From assembly GCA_965215015.1 (NCBI GenBank), contig OZ244042.1:3712001-3776000 (forward strand): a DNA stretch of 64,000 nucleotides. The letters run 5' to 3'. The notes beneath the pieces were generated by a model, which was not told the origin of the DNA, made no database searches, and saw nothing but the letters and a program-made list of their open reading frames with translations. Below are positions 1-10,379 of the stretch, in pieces. This DNA comes from Candidatus Poribacteria bacterium (GTDB taxonomy: Bacteria > Poribacteria > WGA-4E > PCPOR2b). The position numbers and the translations under genes are program-made. Position 1 is the first letter of the stretch. Each line of letters begins with the position of its first letter.

Positions 1-642
1 TCAAACGCTGCGTCGCCAACCGACTTTCGGTTCTTTAGGCTCTGACTCAGGAGAGATGTTCATGGGCGTTGCTCAAACGTCCGGAGAGAACCGAGCTTCC
101 GGGGCGGATGAGCAAGCACTCGCCTCACCGTTGTTGGAAAAGCGTTCTATCAGAGGGGCAAAAAGCATTCCTGTGCGTTTTGTCGTGGGATTTGATAAAA
201 AATAGACAAGTTAAGAAATGCGATGGGTGTGGTAAATGAAGCATCGGAGGCGGACAAGATGATTTTCGGATTGCGTACAACAAAAATCCATTGGCACCTG
301 ACTCGCTACCGAAACATTATCTGAGATCGATTCAAAAAAAAAGCAGGTGTTTTCCATTTATAATAATCCAAGGAGAGTCTACCCGCGATAAAATCGGGGT
401 GTCCTACTGCGCTACTATCTATAGCCTTGGTTTCTGGCCTACAGATATAGGAGGTTGACTTTTATCGCATCCCTCAGTGAGGGGTGCTCATAAACCCAAT
501 TCATGAAATCGTGCTACCGAAGGGGGCACATTTTTCAGAGATTGGCAGCCTTAGAACGTCTCTGTATCCCAGATTCATAACAATTCTTGGATGTCACAGA
601 GGGTTCCGAATCCGTATTTTCCGTGTCATCTGTTTAATCCGC

Positions 643-1310
643 GATCCAGACAATAAGGAGGCCCCTTCCTCAGACCTATCTCGTCGTTTAGATATGAATG
701 TGAGTCATCTCCTCCTGTGAATCCTTTAATTCTGCAAATCCTGATTCAGACAATAGTTATGGGCACCCCTCAGGCCTATCTCGTCGTTTAGATGTGAACG
801 TGAGTCATCTCCTCCTGTGAATCCTTTAATTCTGCAAATCCTGATTCAGACAATAGTTATGGGCACCCCTCAGGCCTATCTCGTCGTTTAGATGTGAACG
901 TGAGTCATCTCCTCCTGTGAATCCTTTAATTCTGCAAATCCTGATTCAGACAATAGTTATGGGCACCCCTCAGGCCTATCTCGTCGTTTAGATGTGAACG
1001 TGAGTCATCTCCTCCTGTGAATCCTTTAATTCTGCAAATCCTGATTCAGACAATAAGGAGGCCCCTTCCTCAGACCTATCTCGTCGTTTAGATATGGATG
1101 TGAGTCATCTCCTTCTGTGAATCCTTTAATTCTGCAAATCCTGATCCAGACAATAGTTATGGGCACCCCTCAGGCCTATCTCGTCGTTTAGATGTGAACG
1201 TGAGTCATCTCCTCCTGTGAATCCTTTAATTCTGCAAATCCTGATTCAGACAATAGTTATGGGCACCCCTCAGGCCTATCTCGTCGTTTAGATGTGAACG
1301 TGAGTCATCT
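643..1310. repeat. 100-bp tandem repeat, about 6.7 copies, two unit variants (order A-B-B-B-A-B-B)
   Basis: ATCCTTTAATTCTGCAAATCCTGA recurs at 721, 821, 921, 1021, 1121 and 1221. The variable block is AAGGAGGCCCCTTCCTCAGAC near 655 and 1055, and GTTATGGGCACCCCTCAGGC in the other units. Confidence 0.95.
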
Positions 1311-1535
1311 AATTCTGTTTCTGTGAATCCTTCAATCCTAAAAATCCTGATTCAGCAGCTAGCTGTCGATTTTCCAAAATCGAAAATACCGAGAACATTG
1401 TGCTATAAAATACCAGACACTATGGGGCGATAATTCTGGCTCAATCAGTATTTTGTTAAGATATGAATCTTGACTAACTTACAGCATTTGTGGAATTGAC
1501 TACAACAAAATCTCAACAGAACCTAGCAACTTGCG

Positions 1536-2684
1536 TTACAACAAGTCCAAATAAAGATTTTCAGTCAATCTTGCGTTCCGCGTCGCACAAAACAGTTGCT
1601 CTGCCCTCAAACGGCAAGCCTTTCCCATCTGCCGGCACTGCTCGTCATCCTCGGCAAGTTGCGTAATTGCTTCAGCAAAGGCGTCCGAATCCTCAGCGAG
1701 AACAAGGATTCCCGTCTCCGGCGTTACCAGTTCTTTGCTTCCACCAAGGGGAGTAGCAATCACCGGCACGCCCGCTGCCATAGCTTCAATAATGGTGCGC
1801 GGGCAAGCTTCCGGGATGGTCGAAGCAAGCAGCACGATATCAAGAAGGGATAGAATCGCTTGTGTGTCTTCCAGAAAGCCGGTGAAGATCACGCGATCTG
1901 CGATTCCCAATTTCTGCGCCCTTACCTTCAGAGAATCGATATATTCCGCATCTTTGGGAAAGTAAGCCCCCCCCACAACAAGCAACTGGATATTGGGTGC
2001 CGCTTTGAGCTTGGCGAGTGCTTCAATTAAGATATGAATCCCCTTCTCCGGTGTGATGCGCGTCACAATACCGACCAGCAGGCTATCGGGCGCAAGGTTG
2101 AAATCCGCCCGGAGGGTTTCCACTTGCGATGATGGCTGAAACGAAGAAAGTTGGACACCGTTGTAAATCAACACCTGCTTCGAGCGCGGGGCAAACTTCC
2201 ATCGTGTCGCTTCCGAAACCAGAATCACGCGATCCAGCAGCACCTCACAAATCCGATCTAACACTCCATACGCCGTGGCGTACCGCTTGTGCATCACAAT
2301 TGGAAGCCCGTAGAGCTTGGCGGCAACCCCACCGATTAAACCCGCAGCCAAAGAATTTGCATGTATGAGATCGATTTGCTTTTCTTCTAGCACCCACAAA
2401 AGTTGAAAGATTACTTTGAGCCGCCGCAAATCACGCCTAATATCGTCGAATGTAAAACGGTGGGCCTTATCCCCTTTATCGTGTTGTTTCGGCAGATCGA
2501 GCGGGATGACCCGATGCCCCGCCTTTCGCGCCGCCGCTGCCAGCATACTATCCTCCAAACAACCGACGAACGAACGAAATCGCGTCACCTCAAGATGCTT
2601 GAGCAGCAATAGCAAGCTGCGCTGACCACCACCAATACCGGATCCACTATCGAGGTACAAAATATTGTATCGCTTGGATTGCAC
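1536..2684 (-). CDS. Glycosyltransferase family 4 (GT-B)
   Basis: N-terminal GGGQRS, VLIYNGV, RITPEKGIHILIEA and EACPRTIIEAMAAGVPVI motifs. Confidence 0.9.
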   Translation of the reverse strand: MQSKRYNILYLDSGSGIGGGQRSLLLLLKHLEVTRFRSFVGCLEDSMLAAAARKAGHRVIPLDLPKQHDKGDKAHRFTFDDIRRDLRRLKVIFQLLWVLEEKQIDLIHANSLAAGLIGGVAAKLYGLPIVMHKRYATAYGVLDRICEVLLDRVILVSEATRWKFAPRSKQVLIYNGVQLSSFQPSSQVETLRADFNLAPDSLLVGIVTRITPEKGIHILIEALAKLKAAPNIQLLVVGGAYFPKDAEYIDSLKVRAQKLGIADRVIFTGFLEDTQAILSLLDIVLLASTIPEACPRTIIEAMAAGVPVIATPLGGSKELVTPETGILVLAEDSDAFAEAITQLAEDDEQCRQMGKACRLRAEQLFCATRNARLTENLYLDLL

Positions 2685-2726
2685 GGTTTCTAACCTTCAC
2701 CCATTTTATGGACGGGTATGCCATCC

Positions 2727-3218
2727 CTAATTGGTGCTGACAGGAACCACTTCGACTGCGCGTGTAAACTCGTCCTCTCCAGTGATTTTGACCTGAATGT
2801 AACTTGCGGGCAGTAATTCCCCCATCCGATCCGCCCATTCAATGACACAGATACCATCTCCCTCCAAATACTCCTCCAATCCAAGGGCGACAATATCCTC
2901 CAGCTGTTGAAGCCGATACAGATCAATATGGTAGATCGGGATTTTGCCCGCATATTCGTTGATGAGGATGTAGGAGGGGCTGTTGACGGTCTGCTCCTCA
3001 TCAATGCCGGCACCGCGGGCGATACCCTGCGTCAAACAGGTTTTCCCCATTCCCAAGTCACCGATGAGTGCCACAACATCGCCGGGGTTAAGCTGGCACC
3101 CAATCCGCACACCGATTTCCTGCGTCTCCTCGGGGCTATGCGTCCTAAAGGCAGATTTCTTGTCCTTTATTGAAAGATCTGTGGAGCCATTTGCTTTTAT
3201 CGCTTGCGTCATAATCAA
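2727..3218 (-). CDS. tsaE: tRNA threonylcarbamoyladenosine biosynthesis ATPase TsaE
   Basis: GDLGMGKT Walker A, SPSY, HIDLYRL and IEWAD motifs. Confidence 0.95.
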   Translation of the reverse strand: MIMTQAIKANGSTDLSIKDKKSAFRTHSPEETQEIGVRIGCQLNPGDVVALIGDLGMGKTCLTQGIARGAGIDEEQTVNSPSYILINEYAGKIPIYHIDLYRLQQLEDIVALGLEEYLEGDGICVIEWADRMGELLPASYIQVKITGEDEFTRAVEVVPVSTN

Positions 3219-3748
3219 TAATCTTTATAGCCAACCTCTGCTAATCGTGCAGCTTTCTCTGCTACACCTTCGCTGAGTTTGACTTTGTAAGCTTCAAGTT
3301 TCTCACTAAGTTGAGGAAATTTGAGGGCAAGTATCTGAACTGCGAAAAGACCTGCATTGCGTGCACCACCAGAGCCAATTGCCATTGTCCCGACAGGGAT
3401 ACCGGGCGGCATCTGTACGGTGGCATAAAGTGCATCCACACCGTTGAGTGGGCCGCCATCAATAGGGACGCCAATAACGGGCAGAGTGGTATGCGCGGCG
3501 ATGACACCAGCGAGATGCGCTGCCCGGCCTGCACCAGCGATGATGACATGCACACCCCGATCACTCGCACTGTGTGCATATTCCATTGTTCGCTCCGGCG
3601 AGCGGTGTGCAGAGGAAATTGTGATTTCAAAAGGGATATCAAATTCTTCTAAGACTGCGGCAGCTTCGCTCATCTTTCCCAGATCGGAATCACTGCCCAT
3701 AACGATACTGACTAAAGGTTTATCTGGAGAGATACTGTTCATATTCAT
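3215..3748 (-). CDS. purE: N5-carboxyaminoimidazole ribonucleotide mutase
   Basis: MGSDSD, SAHRSP, AGAGRAAHLAG and VQMPPGIPV motifs. Start moved to ATG 3748 because the upstream ORF extension runs through a REP hairpin. Confidence 0.95.
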   Translation of the reverse strand: MNMNSISPDKPLVSIVMGSDSDLGKMSEAAAVLEEFDIPFEITISSAHRSPERTMEYAHSASDRGVHVIIAGAGRAAHLAGVIAAHTTLPVIGVPIDGGPLNGVDALYATVQMPPGIPVGTMAIGSGGARNAGLFAVQILALKFPQLSEKLEAYKVKLSEGVAEKAARLAEVGYKDY

Positions 3749-3771
3749 TTGTCCCTTGTTAAAAAAAGAAA

Positions 3772-3799
3772 GCAGGGGCGGAGTTCCCCCGCCCCTACA
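3772..3799. repeat. REP-like hairpin
   Basis: AGGGGCGG...CCGCCCCTAC inverted repeat ending in CTAC. Confidence 0.7.
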
Positions 3800-3894
3800 A
3801 GGCTTTGGGCAAGCACAAGATCCACTCCTACGTTTGATTGATTCCTGTAGGGGCAACCCTCGTGATTGTCCATCCCGGACGCTTATCTGGTTTG

Positions 3895-4425
3895 TTAATT
3901 CTTAAACCCATCAATCACTGCTTGCAGTTTCTGATAGGTCTCCTTATCGAAGTTAGATTTTATATGAAAGGCAAGTTTCCCTTCAGGATCAATGACGTAG
4001 AGACTTGGCTTGTCTTTTTTTGTACGGTACGCCTGATGCACTTTGCCTTTCCAATCGAGTAGCAGTGTCACCGGCGGTTTATCTTTTTTAAGTTGCCTTT
4101 TAATAAACCCTTTAGGTACAAACCCGGGCACACTCCGCATATCAGCAACAATGTATCCGATGACCCTATCGTTTTTCTGATAATCCTTTTGAAAGGCGTA
4201 TGCCCATTTATCATCTTCCTCCCGGATTTTCCGATTCCCCATTATCAGAAAGACAACCTTACCCCGCATTTTCTCCAATCCGTGCGCCTGATCTTCGGCA
4301 TCTTGCAAGGTAAAATCGGGGGCTGCCTCGCCAACTTGGAGCGGTTTCTCCGCCTGCTCTTGATCTGAAGCAACCGAAGCAAAGACACATAACCCGATTA
4401 TTAAGAACCATAAAATATATTGCAT
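3895..4425 (-). CDS. Exported thioredoxin-fold (redoxin/YtfJ-like) protein lacking CxxC
   Basis: Signal peptide, VGEAAPDFTLQD, RGKVV and LYVIDPEGK. There is no Cys at the active-site position. Confidence 0.75.
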   Translation of the reverse strand: MQYILWFLIIGLCVFASVASDQEQAEKPLQVGEAAPDFTLQDAEDQAHGLEKMRGKVVFLIMGNRKIREEDDKWAYAFQKDYQKNDRVIGYIVADMRSVPGFVPKGFIKRQLKKDKPPVTLLLDWKGKVHQAYRTKKDKPSLYVIDPEGKLAFHIKSNFDKETYQKLQAVIDGFKN

Positions 4426-4434
4426 CCCTATCCC

Positions 4435-5439
4435 CTACTTTTTGCCCTCAAACAGAGTGGGCCACATCTGCCTGACCACTGAATAATTAGCAGGTGTAAT
4501 GAGACGGCTTGTGCCGAATTTCGTTTTCGTTAAAGCTCTACCGTTCGGCAATTCGCTATCAAAAGAGAACGGACGATTGTTCGCAGCATCTAGTGCTGCC
4601 TTTAACACCTCCTGTCCCCGCTGATAAGGCATCGTATCCACTTCGGCGTCGTGCTGTTTAATCATAATCTGACGACACGCTTCCTTTCCCGCGCCGACTC
4701 CGACCGTGATAATCTGATCGGTAAGTTCGTGCAACTGCACACCGCGTACCGCACCGACCGCTAGCCTACTGTCCACCGCAATAATGGCGTGAATATTTCC
4801 CGCGTAATTTTTCAGGACACGATCCGTCAGATCTAACGCAACGTCTGGATCCAGCCGAGAGGCGTGGGAATGCACCCGAATTTCATCGGAATACCGGTCC
4901 AAAACACGGTAAATCCCCAACGAGATATTCCGAAAAGATTCCGCCCCAGTTGACTCCTCCAAAACGAGTACATTTCCTTTGTAGCCGATCTGTTCAAGGG
5001 CATATTGGGCAGCCGCTTCTCCCAACCCAGTTTCGTTGATGGCAATGTGTCCCCGCACGTCTATACTGACCAACAACCGATCCAGCGTGATAACAGGAAC
5101 GTTCCTACGTTCTGCCTCCTTCAGAATGGGATAGGCGCGTTTCTCATCAACAGCCTTGAAAATTAGTACCCTAACTCCTTCGTCAAGCATTCTGCGAATC
5201 TGTTGGGTTTCTAACGTTGCCAGATTCTGCTTGACCCCTGCATCTCGGACTCCATTCCATAGGACTTTGACTCCAGAATCTTTTTCGCCCTCAATCATCG
5301 CCTGCTTCATGAGGGTGTAAACAGGGGAGGTTGTTTCTGGAAGGCTGACCCCAATTTTAATCAGCGAAGTATCATTTCCACATCCAGCGAGAATCACCAT
5401 GACCATGATAATTAGGAAAACCCAAGGCAGCTGAGTCAT
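4435..5439 (-). CDS. Sugar ABC transporter substrate-binding lipoprotein (RbsB/XylF-like)
   Basis: ILAGC lipobox and periplasmic binding protein motifs (VPVITLDR). ATG 5439 overlaps the menG stop (ATGA). Confidence 0.8.
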   Translation of the reverse strand: MTQLPWVFLIIMVMVILAGCGNDTSLIKIGVSLPETTSPVYTLMKQAMIEGEKDSGVKVLWNGVRDAGVKQNLATLETQQIRRMLDEGVRVLIFKAVDEKRAYPILKEAERRNVPVITLDRLLVSIDVRGHIAINETGLGEAAAQYALEQIGYKGNVLVLEESTGAESFRNISLGIYRVLDRYSDEIRVHSHASRLDPDVALDLTDRVLKNYAGNIHAIIAVDSRLAVGAVRGVQLHELTDQIITVGVGAGKEACRQIMIKQHDAEVDTMPYQRGQEVLKAALDAANNRPFSFDSELPNGRALTKTKFGTSRLITPANYSVVRQMWPTLFEGKK

Positions 5440-6149
5440 TTCTTTCTGCCAATATGGATGGCAACAATGCCAAGCGTCTTCCGGTAAAATCGGACATCCG
5501 TGAGACCACACTCTTCCATAATCCCCTTCAGCTGTTCGCAATTTGGAAACTGCATGACAGAATCCGGCAAATAACCGTAGGCGTCATCCCTGTTCTTTGA
5601 GATTAGATTTCCGAGACACGGCAGGAGGCACCTGAAGTAAAAGTAGTATATGTGGCGAAATAGAGGCGTCGTAGGTTGTGTAAACTCAAGGATGGCGATA
5701 CGACCATTCGCCCCGGCAACTCGGCACATTTCACGAATACCGAGCCGGAGGTCTGCGACGTTACGGATACCAAAACCTACCGATACGATATCAAAGGTGT
5801 TGTCTGCAAATGGAAGCGCGAGCGTATCTGCTTCAATTGGAATAAAAGCGTTAGTACGTCCCTGTTTCTCAACCTTATCCTTGCCAACGGCAAGCATATC
5901 ATAACAGAAGTCTGTGCCAATCACAGTGGTGTTGTTGGTTTTGGCGGCATAGGCGAGTGCGAGTTCACCTGTACCTGTACAGACATCGAGAACTCTGCTC
6001 CCCTGCGTTACTTCACTCACCCGTACCGTGAACTTCCGCCACGCTCGGTCACGGCGCAGACTCAACAAAGAATTGAGGAAGTCGTACCGCTTCGCAATGG
6101 AGGAGAAGATTTTACGAACGTAAATTTCCTTGTTCATAAGGGCGGACAA
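5436..6149 (-). CDS. menG: Demethylmenaquinone/UbiE methyltransferase
   Basis: FSSIAKRYDFLN, VLDVCTGTGELA, LPFADNTFD and GFGIRNV motifs. Confidence 0.92.
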   Translation of the reverse strand: MSALMNKEIYVRKIFSSIAKRYDFLNSLLSLRRDRAWRKFTVRVSEVTQGSRVLDVCTGTGELALAYAAKTNNTTVIGTDFCYDMLAVGKDKVEKQGRTNAFIPIEADTLALPFADNTFDIVSVGFGIRNVADLRLGIREMCRVAGANGRIAILEFTQPTTPLFRHIYYFYFRCLLPCLGNLISKNRDDAYGYLPDSVMQFPNCEQLKGIMEECGLTDVRFYRKTLGIVAIHIGRKK

Positions 6150-6187
6150 CTTTGTTCGGGAGGGCTATAGGGGAGTTTACCATTTTT

Positions 6188-7039
6188 TCAAACCTCAATA
6201 ACCTGCGTCTGTTTTTCCGGCATGACACCGTGCCGTTCCGCCCATTCGACGAGCGGCCACTGGATGCCGTTGGGGGCGGAACGACCATCCGTCCCCTCCG
6301 CCGCGTCTAGGAGCTGCCTGCCGATGTCATCCAATTTTTCCAACAGTGCTGCATCTGGCTGCAATTTGCCGTTATAGTGTCGAAGGTAGTAGTCCGGCTT
6401 GACCCAAGAATAATGGTAGCCGTAGATCACGACCTTGGCAATCTGATCGGTAAAGTTAAGGGCGGCGGCGTGGTAGATACGGCTCTCGAATAGGAATGCG
6501 TCCCCGGCATGTAGGAGGGGTTCGTCAAACTCCAGTGGGTCAACCTTGTCCTTGGGGATAGACAGCGGCTCGCTAAGGTTGTTGCTTTTGCGGACGAACA
6601 GGGTCGCACCAGAATTGGGTCCGGTGAAGTCTGTCAAGCAGTAGCCAATTTTCAACCCGACACGAGGCAGTCTCTGATGTCCAAGGTCGAGGTGGACCCC
6701 GACATCGCGGTGCCAGTTGCGGAAAGCGGGCGTTTCGGGAGCTTGGGGGTGCTTATAAATTAGCGCAGTATTGGTTATATGGATATTAGGGCCGAGTAGC
6801 TGAACGATGAGCGGCACCGTACTTGAGTTCGTAATAAGTGATACGTAGGCCTCTTCTTCTTGAATAAGGCCGGGACGCCGATGTGCATAGTAATCTTCGT
6901 AATCGAATGATGCCATCAATCGGTCCCCACCTTCGATTAGACGATCAACTGTCGCCTTATCAAGAGATTGGGGCACAATCAGGTAACCGTTTTCGTCAAA
7001 GTCCCGACGTTGTGTTTCGGTGAGCCGAACGAAATCCAT
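6188..7039 (-). CDS. Phytanoyl-CoA dioxygenase (PhyH) family 2OG-Fe(II) oxygenase
   Basis: FDENGYLIV, WHRD, NSGAT and AGDAFLFESRIYHAA (HxD...H triad). Confidence 0.9.
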   Translation of the reverse strand: MDFVRLTETQRRDFDENGYLIVPQSLDKATVDRLIEGGDRLMASFDYEDYYAHRRPGLIQEEEAYVSLITNSSTVPLIVQLLGPNIHITNTALIYKHPQAPETPAFRNWHRDVGVHLDLGHQRLPRVGLKIGYCLTDFTGPNSGATLFVRKSNNLSEPLSIPKDKVDPLEFDEPLLHAGDAFLFESRIYHAAALNFTDQIAKVVIYGYHYSWVKPDYYLRHYNGKLQPDAALLEKLDDIGRQLLDAAEGTDGRSAPNGIQWPLVEWAERHGVMPEKQTQVIEV

Positions 7040-7074
7040 AACAGTTGTGTCCTCTAACTAAATTTCTTAGGCAC

Positions 7075-7278
7075 CTAAAATACTTTTGCAAAATCAACTC
7101 GAATCTCCTCATTCTCAACAATGCTGTCAGGGAACAATTTTTCCTCTGATAAAGTAAGTCCCGGGAGAGGCTCAACCTTCTCATTCTGAAACAACTGACG
7201 GAGAATCTGAAGACAGATATAACTATGATTCAGTGAAGGCATTTCTTCATCCTGTTTATCATTTTCAAGAGTCAGCAT
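7075..7278 (-). pseudogene. Internally deleted Uma2-family endonuclease remnant
   Basis: MPSLNHSYICLQILRQL...LPGLTL resembles a Uma2 N-terminus. It is joined directly to a C-terminal-like VDFAKVF and the PD-(D/E)XK core is absent. Confidence 0.55.
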
Positions 7279-7331
7279 ATCGTTTATACTCTTCCCCTCA
7301 CACAGGTCTGAAGCTGCCCCTACATTTTACG

Positions 7332-8282
7332 CTAGAAATTCGATATGAGTGAAAATCGGTGGGCGGCCCCCAGTCTACCGTAGGAGACAAAGGCGTAATC
7401 AAGTTGAAAGCCTTCGATGCTAAATCCAATTCCGGTGGTGAAGCCGGATGCCGTTCCTAAATCGTTGCCTCCGAGTTTATATTTGTACCCTGCACGTAAG
7501 TGGATGAGTTCGTAGGTTGTGAACGCTGCACCTACACCAACGGTGGGGTCATTGTCGCTGGGGCGGTTCACATCGGCAGTGAGGGTAAACGCCTCGGCCA
7601 GCAATCTGTACGCCGCACCCACCTTGATGTTGAGAGGCAGGCTAAAGGATTCCTCAACGAATTTGGCCTTGGCACCGAGATGTTGAACATTGAATCCGAA
7701 AGAGAGTGAATTGTTGAAGATAGCGTACAGTCCCCCTATATCAAATGCAACGACTTGAGCACTTTCCGTATCAATCTTTTCGCGAACCCATTTGGCGTTG
7801 ACACCCACAGACAGCGCGCCTCCGAATCGGCGAGCATAAGAGGTAATCAGGGCCAGATCATAGGGATGGAAATTCTCTGTTTTAACGGGCTCACCACTCT
7901 CAGTAATATCATATCCCTCAAGTTCACCATAAGAGAGATAGATGAGACTGCCGCCGAGTGTACCTGCGTTACCGAGAGGTTGGGCAAAGCCGATGAATTG
8001 GTGATTAATTCCTTCAAACCATTCATTGTGCATCAGACCAAGTTGCGGGCGTTGCAGTTGAGCCAGCCCTGCTGGATTCCAGTATGTCGCATATAGATCG
8101 TCTGCATCAGCAACTTGAGACTCTCCCATACCGATAGCTTTAGCACCAACGCCGATTTTCAGGAATGTCATTGCCCGTGTTCCAACATTTTCATGAATAT
8201 CCGCGCCATCGGCTGCTGTCCATGGACACAATACAATGCCGCAGAGTATAAAAAGAATGAAATATCTCTTAAATCTTGGCAA
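7332..8282 (-). CDS. PorV/PorQ-like (UPF0164) outer-membrane beta-barrel
   Basis: Signal peptide, FLKIGVGAKAIGMG, YWNPAGLA, LRAGY, LDYAF and a terminal Phe. Confidence 0.85.
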   Translation of the reverse strand: MPRFKRYFILFILCGIVLCPWTAADGADIHENVGTRAMTFLKIGVGAKAIGMGESQVADADDLYATYWNPAGLAQLQRPQLGLMHNEWFEGINHQFIGFAQPLGNAGTLGGSLIYLSYGELEGYDITESGEPVKTENFHPYDLALITSYARRFGGALSVGVNAKWVREKIDTESAQVVAFDIGGLYAIFNNSLSFGFNVQHLGAKAKFVEESFSLPLNIKVGAAYRLLAEAFTLTADVNRPSDNDPTVGVGAAFTTYELIHLRAGYKYKLGGNDLGTASGFTTGIGFSIEGFQLDYAFVSYGRLGAAHRFSLISNF

Positions 8283-8683
8283 ACAATCCTCCAGACTGAG
8301 GCATACGAAATAAGTGATTATACCGAGAAAACATTAACGCATTATAGCGAATCCGAATAGCTTTGTCAATACAAATCTTGATTGCTTACAGGGCAATCGC
8401 GTGTCATGTGAGTAGTGTGTGGAGCTTTGGCAGACAACAATGGAAATCTAATCATAGCCCCAGGTTGCCTAACCTGTAATCCCGGCAGGTTAAGAAACGT
8501 TGATTTCATCAAGAGGAGGCTCTATACCACGACAGAGGTTAACCCCAGACTCTGATTGATCAATTACCTGATTTCTATAACAGATGCAATTCCCCTATGA
8601 TTGCTGAGAAGCATTTAGTTCGACTGTCCGTTGAAAACTCGCGGAACGAAGAGGAATCTCCGAATCCCAACTCTGCCTAACGC

Positions 8684-9058
8684 TCAGACCACTTCTACAT
8701 CCTCGGTGCTGTTTTTGAGGGCATCTTCAGGTTGACTTGCAAGGTAGTCTTGAACCACTGTTTTTGCATCGTCCACCTGATCCGCGTGGACAAGGAGCGC
8801 ACCCCATTCCGATTCAAGCCGGATCCCACCGAGCGCGGAAATCTCATGTGGGCGCACCACCGCCTCAATACCTTCACCCTCCAGTACTCCCTTAATCAGG
8901 TTTCCGACAAATTCGTTCGGAATCTCCTGAACAGCTGCCCAATCAACATATTCTGCGGTGTCCTCCGGTGGGCGTTCCGACACTAATTCAATTTGGCAAT
9001 CGGCACAGATTGAAACATCTGAGGTATATTCAGCACTACATTTTGGGCAAAATAGCAT
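8684..9058 (-). CDS. Zinc-ribbon plus DUF2007 (putative signal-transducing) protein
   Basis: FCPKC...CADC, followed by LIKGVLEGEGIEA. Confidence 0.8.
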   Translation of the reverse strand: MLFCPKCSAEYTSDVSICADCQIELVSERPPEDTAEYVDWAAVQEIPNEFVGNLIKGVLEGEGIEAVVRPHEISALGGIRLESEWGALLVHADQVDDAKTVVQDYLASQPEDALKNSTEDVEVV

Positions 9059-9174
9059 GATAGACGCCTCCTTTCCTGTCAGAACTTATGAGGATTTGAA
9101 CCTTCAACTGCGTAAGGCCTACCGGATTGCCAATTGGCAAAAATTGAACCCCAACACGCCCCCGAAAACCGACT

Positions 9175-9996
9175 CTATTTCCCAAAATTCCAAAGCTGAA
9201 GTGCAGTTTTACCCAAGACCCATTCCCGATCTTCCGGCGCGAAAAAGTCCATCTCGTCCCGCACGACCGACAAGGTCTGGGCGTAAGTCGCTTTGCTCAA
9301 GCAGACGGGCCAATCTGTTCCCCACATAATGCGCCTTCCGCCAAATGCCTGATAGACTTTCTTGACTAAGTCGTGTGTATCCGCCCAAGGATAGCCGGTA
9401 TTGGAAGCCGACCAAGTATGGCTAATTTTGACATAAACCCGTGGGAAGCGTGCCATGTCTAGCAACAGCTGTTGTTTGTCAGAGTCATCCGGTGGCGCGC
9501 TTGCCATGTGATCGATGCAGACATCAAGATCGCCGTGTCGTTCCAAGATTGCCGCAAGGTCAGGCATCCGATCCACACCAGTCAAAATTAGCATCGGAAC
9601 GCCAAGGGCTTCTGCACGACTGAAGATTGGGGACATCAACGGACCTGTGAACCAATCGTTGGTAGCACCGCCAGACGGACTGAGGCGGACACCGTGGAAG
9701 CCGTGCTCCTCTATCCAATGACTCAGATGGTCTGGGGCGTCGGGGTCTTCCGGGTTAATCCGGCAGACCGCCATGAATTTATCGGGATAGTCTTTTATCG
9801 CCTTGGCGGCGTAACTATTTTCCCAACGATAATGGATGACCTGCACCAGTACCGTTTTCTCAACGCCGTTGGCATCCATCAATTCCAGTAACATCTCCGG
9901 TGTAGCGTCTTCCGTCGGTGGGCTAGTTGTCTCAGGTGCCCACGGGAATTGTGGGTCATTTTTCCACACATGAACGTGTGGATCAATAATTCTCAA
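9175..9996 (-). CDS. Amidohydrolase_2 family metal-dependent hydrolase
   Basis: IDPHVH, IDHM, VYVKIS and MWGTDWP motifs. Confidence 0.9.
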   Translation of the reverse strand: MRIIDPHVHVWKNDPQFPWAPETTSPPTEDATPEMLLELMDANGVEKTVLVQVIHYRWENSYAAKAIKDYPDKFMAVCRINPEDPDAPDHLSHWIEEHGFHGVRLSPSGGATNDWFTGPLMSPIFSRAEALGVPMLILTGVDRMPDLAAILERHGDLDVCIDHMASAPPDDSDKQQLLLDMARFPRVYVKISHTWSASNTGYPWADTHDLVKKVYQAFGGRRIMWGTDWPVCLSKATYAQTLSVVRDEMDFFAPEDREWVLGKTALQLWNFGK

Positions 9997-10199
9997 TTTT
10001 GTTTTCCTTTCTATATCAGGACTTTTCGGATTTTCTTGATGAAATAGTTTAGATTGCTTAGGATTGTTCTGCTCAATTTTGCACTGACCCCGATTTTATC
10101 GGAATTCAAAGCAACTTGTCAAGAAGAAACTCTACTCACAAATTCTATCAGACGAAAATGCAGTGGTTATAATAACCCAAGTTGTCAATAGTAGGCCTG

Positions 10200-10375
10200 C
10201 GGCGTATGCCCTTCCCCCGCTAAGAACCCTACGCAACCCGGTGGATTGCCCATCAATTCCTGACTCATTGAGCCTATTCCCCACCGCCGCCGAGGTAGGT
10301 ACACCTGCGTTCTTTCCCCCCGCTGCGGGGGGTTAGGGGGGGGCTTTCCTCCCCGCTTGCGGGGGGGGGTATACA
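10200..10375. repeat. Composite GC-rich repeat element
   Basis: ACCCGGTGGATTGCCCATCAATTCCTGACTCATTGAGCC is related to the inverted copy at about 63720-63760. CCCCCGC..GCGGGGGGTTAGGGGGG modules match those in the 21.2-21.9 kb array. Confidence 0.65.
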
Positions 10376-10379
10376 TTAG

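Noticed and set aside
1-200. Glycine riboswitch (two GGAGAG motifs)
   Set aside because: The CCGAAG and CTCTCAGG elements are missing and no suitable downstream gene is present.
643-1310. CRISPR array
   Set aside because: The units are near-identical over 100 bp with only two alternating variants. There are no unique spacers and no cas genes.
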